Shown: one piece after another, positions 49,235 through 63,100 of the stretch
Layout of the letters: every line of letters begins with the position of its first letter
Position numbering within the stretch: the first letter of the stretch is position 1
NCBI RefSeq assembly: GCF_963921235.1
Contig: NC_086108.1
Location: 62,746,001-62,810,000 of the forward strand
Direction: 5' to 3'
DNA length: 64,000 nt
Source of the DNA: Mobula hypostoma
Taxonomy: Eukaryota
The notes under the pieces: generated by a model
What the model saw: the letters and a program-made list of their open reading frames with translations, nothing else
What the model was told of the DNA's origin: nothing
Databases searched by the model: none
Translations under genes and position numbers: made by a program

Positions 49235-52200
49235 AGGTCATATATTTTAAGTGCAATTGTTGTTAGAAAAGAGTTGAGGAAATTTATTCTAACTGAGAAG
49301 TTGATGGGATCAGAACCATGTTGCCTGAAAGCATAGCAGAGGCAGAAGCACACATTCATTTAAAAAGTAAAAACTAGAGATTCTGCAGGTTCTGGAAATC
49401 CAGAGTAAAGTACACAAAATGCTGGAGGAATTCAGCAGGTCAGACAGCATCTATGGAAAGGAATAAAGAGTTGATGTTTCGGGCCAAGACCAGTCATCAA
49501 GTATGTGTGTTATTGTTCATTTAAAAGTACTTTGCTGAGCCTCTTCTATGCTGTAATTTGCTATGTTCAATACGTTCTATAATATTTTTGTGATTTTAAA
49601 TAGAACTCTCTTCTTTGGAGCTTTCAGTTTTCCATTTCTAGCCTCCAGGAGGTCAATTGGATCTGTCTGAGGATATTCCCAAAAATGTGCTCCTTTTGTT
49701 ATGATTGTCAAGTTGCTGTCTCCTTAGCCTTGCATGGTGATTTGAAAGTAACTTGCCCCCACCCCATAACACTGCTAAAACTAAAGGCCAAATTTGTGCC
49801 TAGTAAAGGGCAACGATACAACAAACAAAATTACCTTAGCTTGATTATCGACCGTTGTTTGAAAGCTTCACGTTAAATGGGAAACATTTACCATTTGGTA
49901 TGCAGAATGCCGCTTTGTTTTTAAATACAGCTGATGAATTAAGTGCTGATAAAAGTCTGACAGTTGATATTGAATTTTGCTCAACAAATCTGAAAATTGC
50001 TAAACAAAACAAATATGAGGGAAGATAATTCAGTAAAGCAGCTTCAGTTGAGTATTTATTATGGAATTCCCTTCTATACCGCAGGTATATTTCTTTGCTC
50101 ACAAACTGGTAAAGCTGTACTTATTCTCCATTTGTAGCTGTTTCAAGGTTGTGGTTGTTGACTCACTGCCTTTATGATGATTGTGCTTCCATAATAGTGT
50201 AAAATGAGGACCTTCAGATATTGATTCAACTTGATTTATGTTCAGGTGAAGATAATATGTGACTTGGAGAGAAATGTGGTGTGGTTAAGATACAGATGTT
50301 CCATGATAACTTTGTTCTTTTCCTTTTCAGTATAAAGCTTGGGATAAAGGGAGGTAGTAAAAGTATAAACTTTCACATTTCCTCTTGAAATACAATCATA
50401 TGAATTTAAGAAATCATGAATTTATTTTCAAGAAATATTGATCTGTTTTGCATTTGAAAATTTTGTTTATTTTAAGGCTATAATCTTTTAGGAGAGTTAG
50501 TTCTGCTTTTCTGCTGACCTTAGAGAGAAAAGATTTCAAAAGCTCCCACATTGCCCCAGCTTTGAATGTTCTCAGTTGAGTGGGTTGAAATAAGAAATTA
50601 AACAGATCCTCCCAGCGTATGAACTCCTGACTTGTGTATTGCCCAAACAGTACATACAAACAAGTTTTTGAGAGATCAGTGGGATTGATTTTTGGGGTGC
50701 TGCAGGGCTGCTAGCATCCTCTGATGTGCAAACTTGGTTTAGGACCTCACTTTTGACTTGCCAATTGTTCAGGTTACAAATAGTTCTCAGGAATGGAATT
50801 TATCCTAACTTGGGGAGGGCCTGTATAGTCAGTCTCTTTGTGATAATAGAATATTTCATTGCTTAACATATAAACCTAAATCTTGACAATTTCATATATT
50901 TGTTAAATTAATTGAACAAGAAGTCTGTGCATTGTGATTTTCTTCTTCTTTAAAAGAAACAGACACCTCACAATTAGAATATTGAAAACAGCTAGGAGGA
51001 CAGCAAATGTTATTACTGCACAATCTAAACTGAAGGCAGCTATCTTCATTCTAAACAAGGATGTCTGACTACAATATATCAAAGTCAGACTACCTAGTAT
51101 ACTTGTTTCTTAAGATAAGCTTAGGACCATATATACTGGAGGGCATGAATAGTGAACCTTTTTGAAATTGTGCCGAAATTGACGATAATCTTTGAAAAAT
51201 TCTCTCGCGTGCCTTGGTAATTTTGAGGAGAGATCATCATTGATTAATGAATTAGTAACAATAATTATGGACTTTTTTAAGGAAAAAGGATGAGTTCTGT
51301 TTCTTATTTATGTGTATTTATTGTTTTATATGAATAAAAGTATAATAGAGACAGAAGAAGAATTTTGGAAGACCTGTTAAAAATATTATTCGTATTAATC
51401 TTTTAAAAAGAGACTTGAAAAATAATATCTTTTGTAAATAGTATTGTTATTGTAACTGTTTACTGTCCAAATCATTCAAAGTTGCGTGTTCTTGCAACCG
51501 TCTACCTGGCAGTAAGCCAGCATGAGACATGTCCTGTGAAAACATCTCATTGCTCTCGGGTTATAAAAATTCATTTGCTGCTTCATTGAGCAATAAAGAT
51601 AATTATTGTGTATCTGTTTATCATAGGTGGGGTTTAAAGGATCGAGGGGGCGGCTCTGCATGCCGTGTGCCAGTAACAACTTTGTGCATGCCATCTTGGG
51701 CATATGTGTGCAGGTTCACCGCCCCCGCAGGTGTTTAGCTGAAGGATAGTGCAGACTAGTTGGACTGCCTGAAGGAAAAAATTAAAGCAGCTGACCACAG
51801 GGGAAAAAAAATTTACTGTGATATATATTGTTTAAAAATGCCAAGAATAAGTATTTCCCTCCTTAATGGTTTAGTGAAGCAGCTGAGTGACAGTGACTAG
51901 AAATATCCCAGGATTTATTCTTCAGTCTGTGGTCTCTCAGACATGGCATTTATGTGTTGTTGGTACAAAATAGTTAAACTTAAGGTATTGTTGCATGAGG
52001 TACAAGAAAAATAACCAGATTCACACTACTGATTTCTCAGTGACCCCTGCTGGAAATGACATATTTAAATTGTTGGGAGAAGAGGATGATACTTCACTAC
52101 AATATTCCCAACTTGAATAGCCAAATCTTAGGTTTGAAAAATTTTGATTTGGCTAGGGTGCTGGTATATGACCAACACTCGTGTGTTCAGCACTGAAGGT

Positions 52201-52329
52201 AAAGAGAGAGAAAAGAATCAGTAAGGATAAATAAAAACGTAGATAAAATAAACAGCAAAAATATTCAATGAAGTGCAAGTACAAAGAACTGCAGAAATGA
52301 CATGTAAGAAATTAGCAACTGAATGCTAA

Positions 52330-52646
52330 TGCATCTTGGTCAATGTCTCTCATCCACTACATAATGTACTGGTTGGGCACAGGAGTACATTCAGCCAGGG
52401 ACACATTCCACCGAGATGCAGCACGGAGCATCATAGGAAGTCATTCCTGCCTGTGGCCATCAAACTTTACAACTCCTCCCTTGGAGGGTCAGACACCCTG
52501 AGCCAATAGGCTGGTCCTGGACTTATTTCATAATTTACATATTAGTATTTAACTATTTATGATTCTATTACTATTTATTATTTATGGTGCAACTGTAACG
52601 AAAACCAATTTCCCCCGGGATCAATAAAGTATGACTATGACTATGA
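52330..52646 (+). mobile_element. Rex1/Babar LINE 3' end
   Basis: ILVNVSHPLH..RKSFLPVAIKLYN; tail gggatcaataaagtatgactatgactatga. Confidence 0.8.
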
Positions 52647-53829
52647 AGAAGAAATTGAGGAACAGCTTAACTGATGGGTATTCAGAGTACAGATTGAACA
52701 TAACTCATCAAAAACAATACCAGACATTATTCCGAGAAGAAAATGTAATGAACAGTATGTACCATAAATTCATTAGATTAAATTATCACTTCGTAGTCTT
52801 TAGTCAAGGAAAATATTAAAACAGTTAAATAAGAAAATTAGTTGACTTTATTAAAAGTTACTTTGTGAAGAAACATAGATATTAAAATGAAAATAAGAGT
52901 AAGTTACTGGTTGAAAAATTGACACAATATATTGAGTCTTCAAAATAACAAACACCCCCATGTGGGCACACTGTTACAATCAGAAGTACACTATCTACAA
53001 AATGGATAATTGACAAGCATGTTGAAATCCTTTACCTGTGTCTAAAGTGGACATCGATCGCTTTTCCATGTTCTTACTCTTGGTTAAGTTCTGTTACAAG
53101 GCAGGTATTGGCCACACCCAGTGATATATCCACTGATCAGTACACCTGTGTTAAGGACTGTAGCTTCCTTTCATGTAGTACCTGAATGAACAGGAGTATT
53201 CATCCCAACATTAAACTGAAGAATCTTGCAGATCATTGCTACTCTGAACCATTGGAAGTCCAATCCCTCAAGAATTTTCTCCATGACACATGTTTGAGAA
53301 AAGTTGGAAGAGTAGCTTATATCTTATTAGTTCTCTCTGTACTTTGCTGATAGGCTGTGCTCCACGTTGGCTCTGAGACCCAGTATTACTACAGTGGGGC
53401 ATAAGCAAATCATGATTGAAAATGGCCACTGTAATCTTTTGCTGTAATACAAAATTCTAATGTGTATCAATGACAGATGTGTAAATTAAGTTACAATGTT
53501 GGTACTGTCAGGAAGTTTTGACTTTGACATTTTTTTTTGCGTTTTTCATGAGTTTGAAACCAATAAAGTTCTGTTTTTTTTAAAGCCAAGCCTGGTTTCG
53601 CATGGTAACAGTAGAAATATTTGAAGTATGAAAATAACTGTAGCTGCACAAACTTGAATACAACAATGCATATAAAGTTAAAATGGATAGATTAACTCCT
53701 TCTGTTAAAATAGTGAATATAGAACAGTAAAACAAGTTTGCTACATATCCATCTGGTACTACCTGTATCAGTAATTTATAACCATTGTGTTTCTTTTGAC
53801 CATTTCAAAACAGATTATTTTCCTCCATT

Positions 53830-55715
53830 GGAGACACAGGGAGATAGTTACACTCAAGGTGCAGGACACAGGTAACTGGGTGACAGTCAGGAAGGGGAAA
53901 AGGGATAGGCAGCTAGTGCGGAATACCCTTGTGGCCATTCCCCTCAATAACAGGTATACTCCTTTGGGTACTGTTGGGGGGGGGGAAATGACCAAGCAGC
54001 AGAAACCCATAGCAGTCAGGTCTTTGGCACTGTCTGGCTCTGTGTCTTATAAGGGAAGGGGAGAGAAAAGCTAAGCTGTTGTGATAGGGGATTCATTGAT
54101 TAGGGGAAAAGGCAAGAGGTTCTGTGGATAAGAACGAGATTCCTGGGTGGTATGTTGCCTCCCGGGTACCAGGGTCAGGGGCATCTCAGATTGAGTTCAC
54201 AGCCTTCTTAGGTGGGAGGGTGAGCAGCCAGAGATCATGGTCCACATTGATGTCAATGATATGATCGGAAGGGCGATGAGGTCTTGCAGAGTGAGTTCAG
54301 GGAGTTAGGTGCTAAGTTGAAGGACAGAACCTCAATGGTTGTGATCTCAGGTTTGTTACCTATACCGTGTGTGAGTGAGGCCAGAACTAGGAAGATCATA
54401 CTATTTAGCATGTGGCCAAGGCAGGGACGGCTTCAGAATTTTGGAACATTGGGCTCTATTCCAGGGATGGTGAGACCTTTACAGAAGGGGTGGTTTGCAC
54501 CCAAACTGGAGGGGGATTAATATCTTCATGGGAAGGTTTGCTAGCGCTACAAAGGGGTTGAGGGTGGGTAGTGTTTAAACTAGAGTTGCAGTGGAATGGA
54601 AAAAAGAGTGCCACAGCAGATAGTGATGGTTGTGGGGAAAATGTGACTTAGCCTACATACAAAGTCAGGAATTGAAAGGTTGAGTATGGTGGGACTGATG
54701 TTCTGAGTTGTGTATAGTTCAATGCAAAAAGTATTGCAGGAAAGGCGCATGAGCTTTGGGCAAGGATCAGCATGTGGAGTTATGACATTGTAGCCATTAG
54801 TGAGACTTGGTTGCAGGAGGGGTAGGACTGGCAACTTCGTGTTCTAGGTTTCCGTAGCTTTAGATGTTATAGAGCGGGAGGGATTAAAGGGTGAGAAGTG
54901 AGGGAAAATGTCTCAGCATTGGTCAGAGAGGACAGACTGGAGAGCTCATCTACTGAGGCTATATGGGTGGAACTGAGGAATAAGAAAGGGATGACCGCGT
55001 TAATGGGTTATATTATGGCCAACCAACAGTTCACAGGACTTAGAGGAGTATATTTGTAGAGAGATTGCTGACTGTTGTAAGTAATATATGGTTCTGATAG
55101 TAGATGATTTTAATTTCTACATATTGATTAGGATACCCATACTGTAAAAGAATTAGATGAAACAGAGCTTGTCAGGTGTGCTAAGGAAAGTTTCCTTAAT
55201 CAGTACATAGAAGTCCCAACTAGGGAGCGTGTAATACTGGATCTTCTATTAGGGAATGAAACAGGGCAGGTGACAGAGGTTTGTGTAGGAGAACACTTTG
55301 GATCTAGTGATCATAATGCCATTAGTTTCAAGATAATTATGGAGAAGGTATGGCTGGTTCTGGAGTTGAGATACTAATTTGGAAAAAGGTAAATTTTGAT
55401 TGTATCAGAAAAGATCTGGGGCATGGATTGGGCCAGGTTGTTTTCTGGCAAAAGTGTATTTTAAGGTCATGAAACATATACAGATGACAGAGTGTGGGAC
55501 AGCTGTGAAATTCATTGCAGTGATGGCTGTCGGGTCAAGTTATTAAGCATATTTAAAGTGGAGGTTGATAGGTTCTTGATTACTAAAGACGTCAAAGGGT
55601 ATGGGGAGAAGGCAGGAGAATAAGAGAGATATATAAAAAAAACAGCCTTGATGGAATGGTAAAGCAGACTTAATGGGCCAGATGGTCTAATTCTGCTGCT
55701 TTGTCTTATGGTCTT
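53830..55715 (+). mobile_element. CR1 LINE: ORF1 esterase and ORF2 endonuclease remnants, followed by a CR1 3' end
   Basis: GNWVTVRKGK..IPLNNRY; VIGDSL; EFRELGAKLKDRTSMVVISGLLP; IVAISETWLQ; SDHNAI. Confidence 0.85.
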
Positions 55716-56099
55716 GTGGACTGTGCTAGATCCAACAAAATGATTATGAATACTGCTACCAAAATACTTTCCATTATGCTCTTTCCATCTGCTATCTTCA
55801 ATTCTTAAATTAATGGAGAATGTACCTATTTGGATACATGAGTTGAATATGTTCCATTAGTCTTTTCAATCTTTAAATTGTCTCAGTACCATCTAAAATG
55901 TCATATTTTCACCCATCCATCAATGTCTTTAATTGTTCATCTGCCCGATTAAGTAATCTTGCACTTAGATATATACCATTAAATACATCTGGACTAACCT
56001 GACTCCTTGCTTGTTTATTTTCCAATGTTTGTTCACTTGTTCTTCCAAGTTCACTCAGTAATCTCTTGCCAACCATTTTAGTTCTGCTTTTCTGTTTGA

Positions 56100-56870
56100 A
56101 ATATCAATGCTCAGCTTCCCAACCCCCACTGTGACAAACTTCTTTAAACCCTCTGCAATAACATCAGCAAATCTGCCTGTGAAGATTTGGTCATTATTGG
56201 GATGCAACTGTTATGGTTTGTAGAGTTTTCATCTTCCTCAGAATTGGTCCCAAGATCTTTGAGGCTAAATGTCTCCTTCCTGAACTGTTTCTGTGCCATA
56301 TATTCATCTTCCCTGTCCTTCTATTTATTTACTTACTCGGCATGGGGAACAATTGGGATATTCCACTTTTGTGGTTCTGTAAGACCTAAGGCAATTGGCA
56401 TGTATTCTCTGAGCAGAAACCTTAAAAAATCTGCCTGCTACACTTAATTCATCTTTTGGCATTGGCGTGGACCATGATCTCTGACAAGTTACACTCCCTC
56501 TGCAGAATGTTCTGTAGCAACTTAGTAATGTCCTTGTTGTGGCACCAGGAAGGCAACATAACACCCTGGGATCTTGTCTGTGACCACAGTAACAAATGTT
56601 TTCTCCTTTATTTATGGTAACCCCTATACTATTTGCTGTCTTGACGATTCCTCTTCCTTCCAGTATCGGCATGGTCTTGCCTGTGGTTCCCAGGGAAACC
56701 TTACCCCCATCAATGTTGAAAATTTCTACTCAGAGAACAGACACCAATTGCCTACTCTATTTTGCAAGTATATTTTTTGCAAAACATTTGGCTTCATGGA
56801 TAAACTATAATGATGTCAGATGCAGCTCTTCCAGCTAACATTTCCTGCACCTGTACCTTGGAGGTTCCAC
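56100..56870 (-). mobile_element. Old CR1 ORF1 remnant
   Basis: ORF 56325-56672 contains VLCCLPGA. Confidence 0.5.
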
Positions 56871-56885
56871 GTTCATTTGGATATA

Positions 56886-57486
56886 CACTTTATTAGGTAC
56901 ACCACAGACACCCAGTGTGGTCTTCTGCTGCTATAAGCAAGAATATACTCTGTTCTTGGTTGGTGTAACTGTAACAAAACCCAATTTCCCTCGGGATCAA
57001 TAAAATATGTCTATCTATCTATCCATCCACTTCAAGGTTCAATATGTTGTGCATTCTGAGATGCTGTTCTGCACACCTTTGTGAAATGTATGATTATTTG
57101 ACTTACTGTCACCTTTCTACCAGTTTGAACTAGTCTGGCCTTTCTCCTCTGTCCTCTCTCACGAACAAAGCATTTTCATCCATTGGACTGCTGCTCACTG
57201 AATGTTTTGTGTCTTTCACACCATTCTCTGTAACCTCTAGAAACTGCTGTGTGTAAAAATCACGGGAGATCAGCAGTTTCTGAAATACTCAAACCACCCT
57301 TTCTGGCACCAACAATTATTCCATGGTCAAAGTCACTTAGATCACATTTCTTCCCCATTCTGATGTTTGGTCTGAACAACAATTGAACATCCTGAGTATG
57401 ACTGCATGCTTTTATCCATTGAGTTGCTGCCATGTGATAGGCTGATTAACTATTTGCATTAATAGGCAAGTGTACCCATTAGAGTG
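56886..57486 (-). mobile_element. Tc1/mariner internally deleted transposon, with a small LINE-tail insertion at ~56935-57022
   Basis: Inverted ends cactttattaggtacac / gtgtacccattagagtg, each flanked by TA; minus-strand transposase N-terminal remnant RLVQTGRKVTVSQI..GVQNSISECTT..TLKWM..SSRRPH. Confidence 0.75.
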
Positions 57487-58404
57487 TATATTCCCATTGG
57501 CCTGATGTCCCTTATATTAGATAAACCGTCTAGGAGAAATCAAGTAGCAGAGTATTATGTTTTTCACCTGCTTCAAGATCTAAAGGAACAATGCAATGGA
57601 AATGGGATCTTTGCTCGTCATCTGCATATGCATGCATTCCACACAGCTAGGAAAGCTAGTCTTTCTGTATTTATACCTTCTGATTTTTCCAAATATCTCC
57701 ATCTGCCTCTGCTGATAATAATTCACAGGCAATCTTCCTGACTACCTTTGTGATGGCACAAATGTCATCAGCAAGTAGCATTTTATCACTGATTAGAACT
57801 ATAAAATGAACTACAAATCAAGGCCAGTTTAATTAAATACTGCTAAGTTATCTACATTCTAAAAAGAGATTGAATGCTAAAAGAGTTAGAATTGCCCCTT
57901 TGACCAAAATCATTGATTTTGTTTTCTGCATGAAACATAATGCCTAGAAGTTGTCTCTGCACTCCTTACTTGTGCAGCAGTCAGGTTACAACATGTAAAC
58001 AAGTTTTGCCACTTTACACAAACATGCAAATCCATTCCTCCACACAACGTAACAGCATAGTGAGACAAATTGTAAATGTAATTAACCTGTGTGTTAAGGT
58101 GAGGGAGGGGGCAGATTGCTTTCTTAGAAAGTGAACCATATTATGATTTTCATTAATGTGAAGGTATACTTTTGAAACATGCTCCAAAACAAAGCAACCT
58201 TTGGTGTTAATTTTTTTCATCTAGGTTCTGTGAGAGCAAATTTTATCCCATATATCAATTTTTTTGGGCAGTAATTTATGAATTCTGTAAGGACTAATTT
58301 CAGTTCCTGAATGCCAATTAGACTGGGGTTGCCTGTAAGGGTACTTAGCTGAGTTGCCAACAAATTCACTTACATTTGATTGCATTCTTTTAGCGTTAGT
58401 TAGC

Positions 58405-58807
58405 TACTGTCTGTTACGTCGCTGGCGTTTAGGGTAGCAAAGAAGGTCCACCATCTCTGTGTGGTCAAAACCAGTTTTGTTCTTCGTCCTGGCAGTGTTC
58501 AGGGCTTCCTTCATCATGCCGGTAGCTTCCCCTCGGTTTTCACAAGTTATGCAAATCTCGGGTGGAGTCTCAGGAATACCGTCATTGCTGTTTATGTAAC
58601 AATTTTTTTCAACCCTGAGCTGAAACGTGAACCTGGAGAACCACTGGACCACTCTTAGTCTGGGTTTTACCCTTTGACCTATTTGACATGTTTGACCATA
58701 CCAAGAGTCAAAGCACAAGGCCCTGACTCAAGCCAACATAACTCTCTGGGTCATTGAGGCATGCAAGCCTCCGAACCCTATGACAAGGTGTGGATTCTCT
58801 TGGAGGA
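58405..58807 (-). mobile_element. Short internally deleted RTE-like element
   Basis: Homologous to 27670-28043; has an RTE-like 3' end. Confidence 0.55.
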
Positions 58808-60086
58808 TTATTTTAGTGTTGTGTAAGTTAAAGTCAACCACATCAGGGTTGCAATGGTGATTGATATGCAAAAAAAACTGTCAAGATAAAATTTTGGAAT
58901 GATGTAAATTAGCCTAGAAACATCAGTTATTGTATTTTGCTCCAGAAAAATATAAAATTCTAGTTAGACAACTTGATATTTTTCCGGACAATTTTGCATC
59001 ATGCCAAAGTTTTTTCTTGACAATTTTGGTGTGAATCACCCTTTCAACCCTAACGTGGTTGACTTTGGAGCAATGCAGAGTCACAGTATTTATATTGTCC
59101 TGGCTATGGTACCAGAACAACATTGTCTTTTGGACACTTGGCTGGTATATTATTGTGTTTATTGGAGGGCTTCCTTGCTTGACAAAATTCCAATTAACCT
59201 GCTGCTCTCTCTTCCATAATGCGCAATAATTTCCAACCCAACTACCACCCCATGATCCACCCAGCCCACTGAAAATATCGACCGTTGACTAGAATGGTTA
59301 ATGGCCCATCTGATCTTAATTCTAAAATTCCCAATGTACCCCTTTGAAATAAATAGTTTATTGATATGCTCCCTTCAAACAATGCTGCCCTATTTTCCTT
59401 CTTCTTGTTTCATGGTATACAAATCTGAACCACGACACTCCTTTTCCACAGTGCAGATTTGATATTCCCCATCCATTCTTTTAGCCACAACATAAGTTGG
59501 ACTGCTTACAAAAATGTGCAACTCTGGGCCTCTGGAGGAAGTGAAGTTTTCTGTAAAGGGACAATGGCCAAAATAATTATTGTCATTCAAACGATGTACA
59601 AGAATTTCTGTGGTTTTTAAAAATTAAGAATAGCTTTTTACTAACTATACTTAATTATTCATTTCTATCAAAGCAATGCCTTGACTACTCGGAACGTGCC
59701 CTCTTCTCATCACTACCATCAGGGAGGAGGTACAGGAGCCTGAAAATCCACACTCAACATTTTAGGAACTTACTTCCCCTCTGCCATCATAATTGGTGAA
59801 TGTTCCATGAACCCATGAACATCATCTTGTTATTGCTCTTTTGTACTATGTAACGTCTAGTAATTTGTTCTGTCTTTCACTGTACTGCTGCCACAAAACA
59901 ACAAATTTCATGACATGTCAATGATAATAAACTTGATTCTTATTCTGACAAGAGTGTTCAACAAATGGTTAACGTATTCATTTAGGGAAGTATTATCCAT
60001 ATTTCAGTGGCTACAGCTGTGCATAAGGAAATAAATTTCATGACAACATCCAAAAAGCTGCAGAGATTAAAAGAACCTTATTTTTT

Positions 60087-60663
60087 CTAGAACATAGAAA
60101 TTTATAGCACATTATAGGCCCTTTGGCCCACAATGTTGTGCTGACCATGTAACCTACTGTAGAAACTGTATAGAATTTCCCTAACTCATAGCTCTCTATT
60201 TTTCTAAGCTCTATGTACCTATCTAAGAGGCTCTTAAATGTCCCTATTGTATACACTTCCTCCACCGTCACTGGCAGTGCATTCCATGCACCTAGCACTC
60301 TTTGTGTGAAAAACTTACCCCTGACTTCACCTTGGTACCTATTTCCAAGCACCTTAAAACTATACCCTTTCGTGTTAGCCATTTCAGCCCTGGGAAAAAA
60401 AAAACTTTTGGCCATCCACAGGATCAATGCCCCTCATCATCTGATACACCTGTATCAGGTCACTTCTCATCCTCCGACACTCCAAGGAGAAAAGGCGAAG
60501 TTCACTCAGCCTATTCTCATAAGGTACGCCCTCCAATCCAGGCAACATCCTTGTAAATCTCCTCTGCACTCTGTCTATAGTATCCACATATTTAGTATTC
60601 CTGTAGTGAGGTGACCAGAACTGAACACAGTACTCCAAGTGGGGTCTGACCAAGGTCTTATAT
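60087..60663 (-). mobile_element. CR1 LINE 3' end
   Basis: VRPHLEYCVQFWSPHYR..RVQRRFTRMLPGL..FFTQRVLGAWNALP. Confidence 0.92.
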
Positions 60664-62526
60664 AGGCTTATTTTTTATGAATTAAGTACAAAACTAAAAC
60701 ATTATAACTTGACTTTTAAAAATTAGGAGCTCATTATGACACTTCACTGCTGCAAATAATAAATAGTTGTATGAATTAGGTCTAATTTATTTCTGTCCCA
60801 AATGATCTGATTGATATATTGTCTTCCATTTGTGCCTTCAGATTTAAGTAGTTACCCAACCCTGAAAAAAGTCTGTTTCTCACAGCACCAAACTGTTACA
60901 CTACTTGAAAAGCTCATTGTTGACATAAGAGGTTCACAGTTGCCATGTATGTAGCTTTCGAGTTTCAGCCAAAACTACTAATTGAGATTATTTTGAAAAA
61001 GTTGGACTTGGAAATTCTTTCTGGAACTTATTGATTTCCAAACAAGGGCAGAGCAGAAATGCCTGTGAGAGGTTTTATTTCCAATGCACAAGACCATTCC
61101 TGGGTTCTGTCCATAAATGAGAAGCTCTGTGTTTGAGATGGCCTAGTATGGATCCAACATTCTGAACTTTTATTAGTGCCACACTGTTTTTATGTTATGC
61201 AATAACATTTCATATGTATAACTGACAATGCCCTTTAGTCTGTAGTAGGAGTGATATCACTTGTTGAGCAACAAGAAACAACTTTGTGTTTTGAAAATAC
61301 TCTACACTCCATCCTTTGAAATCTTGAAGGAATGACTTCAAAACATAGATTGGAGTTAAAAGAATTTTGGTTTTGTTCCTTCAATTGTCTATGTGTCACT
61401 TTTGCATGGCAGCCATTTTCAGTTCCTTAATCTGAATGCCACTAGATAACTGGATTTTCAAGGTAAATTTTGCTGTTTAGCTATCAGGCTTTGGCTTTGG
61501 CATCTTGTGCATTGCCATCGTGTGTCACCAGCAAATCACGGGAGTAAATCAAAAGTAAAATGCTGCTAAATTCAAATGAAGCAGAAAATGTGGAAATACT
61601 CTGATGTCAGGCAGCATCTGCAAAATTTAAAAATAGTTAATATTTCAAGTTGATAAACTCGCTTAAGTTTGGTCATCAGCTTGCAACTCTAACTCATTTT
61701 TTTCTTTTTTTTCATTACTTGATGTGTTGAGTATTTCAGGAATTATCTGTTTATGAATGGGGTTGAGATTAGGGTTAAGGTGAAGAGAAGCACAAGTAAT
61801 AGAGGGTGATCAGAGTTGTGAATAGGTGCTAGGGATTTAGCAAGGGAGCAATGAGGAAGCAAGTGAAACAGTGAGAAGATAATGTGTTAAATAGCAAGGA
61901 GATAGTGGAGGACAGAGAGATCTAAAATAGTTATCCATTTAAAACATGACAAAAATTTGATTATGTGTGGTTAAAATAAAACATGCCTCATGAGATTAGT
62001 TCTCTGAAGCAGCATGGATTGTAAGATTGACCTTCTCTGCTAAGATTTGCACCATTAATCTACCCTCTTTTTTACACGTTACAATGAATTTGCAGTGAGC
62101 TGAGAAGTACATTTGCACATGGTAACCTCCAAGAAATACTTTAAAAGGATAATCACTCCAGTTTTTATCACTTACCAAGTTTTATCAATGCACCATAGAA
62201 AGTATCCTGTCTGGATGCATTACAGCTTGGTATGGCAACTGCTCTGCTCTTGACCATAAAAAAACTGCAGATTTGTGAGCACAACTCAGCAAATCAAGGA
62301 AACCAGCGTCCCATCTATGGACACTGTCTATACTTCTCGCTGCCTTAGAAAGGGAGCCAGCATAAATAAAGACCATGCCCACAATGGCCATGATCTCTTT
62401 TCCCCTCTCTCATTGGGCAGGAGGTATTAAAGCCTGAAAGCACATACCAAGTCTCAACGGCAGCTTCTACCTTGTTATAAAATGACTTGAATGATTCCCT
62501 AGTATGGTAAGATGGACTCTTGATGT

Positions 62527-63100
62527 CAAATCAGAGAGAATCTGCAGATACTGGAAATCGAAGCGATACACACAAAATGCTCGAGGAACTCAACAGGCCA
62601 GGCAGCATCTATTGAAAACAGTACAGTTGACATTTTGGGCCGAGACCCTTCAGCAGGACTGGAGAAAAAAAGATGAGGAGTAGAGTCAAATGGTGGGGGG
62701 AGGGGAGAGAGAAACACAAGGTGATAGGTGAAACTGAGAGATGGAGGGGTGAAGTAAAGAGCTGGGAAGTTGATTGGTAAAAGAGATACAGGGCTGGAGA
62801 AGGGAGAATCTAATTAGAGAGGACAGAAGGCCCTGGAAGAATAGAAAAGGGGGGAGGAACACCAGAGATGAGCAAGCAGAGAGGGAAAAGGCGATAAGGA
62901 ATGGTGAAGGAGAGGGTGTGAGGGCCATTACCAGAAGTTTGAGAAATTAATGTTCATGCCATCAGGTTGGAGGCTATCCAGAGGGAATATAAGGTGTTGT
63001 TCCTCCAACCTGAGTGTGGTTACATCACAGGCGTACCAGAATGGGAATGGGAATTGGAATTAAAATGGGTGGCCACTGGAAGATCCTGCTTTTTCTGGTG
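62527..63100 (-). mobile_element. Penelope-like element 3' part (GIY-YIG C-terminus, pLTR, mutated hammerhead)
   Basis: Minus strand TLRLEEQHLIFPLDSLQPDGMNINFSNFW*; agtcctgctgaagggtctcggcccaaaatgtcaact. Confidence 0.85.
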
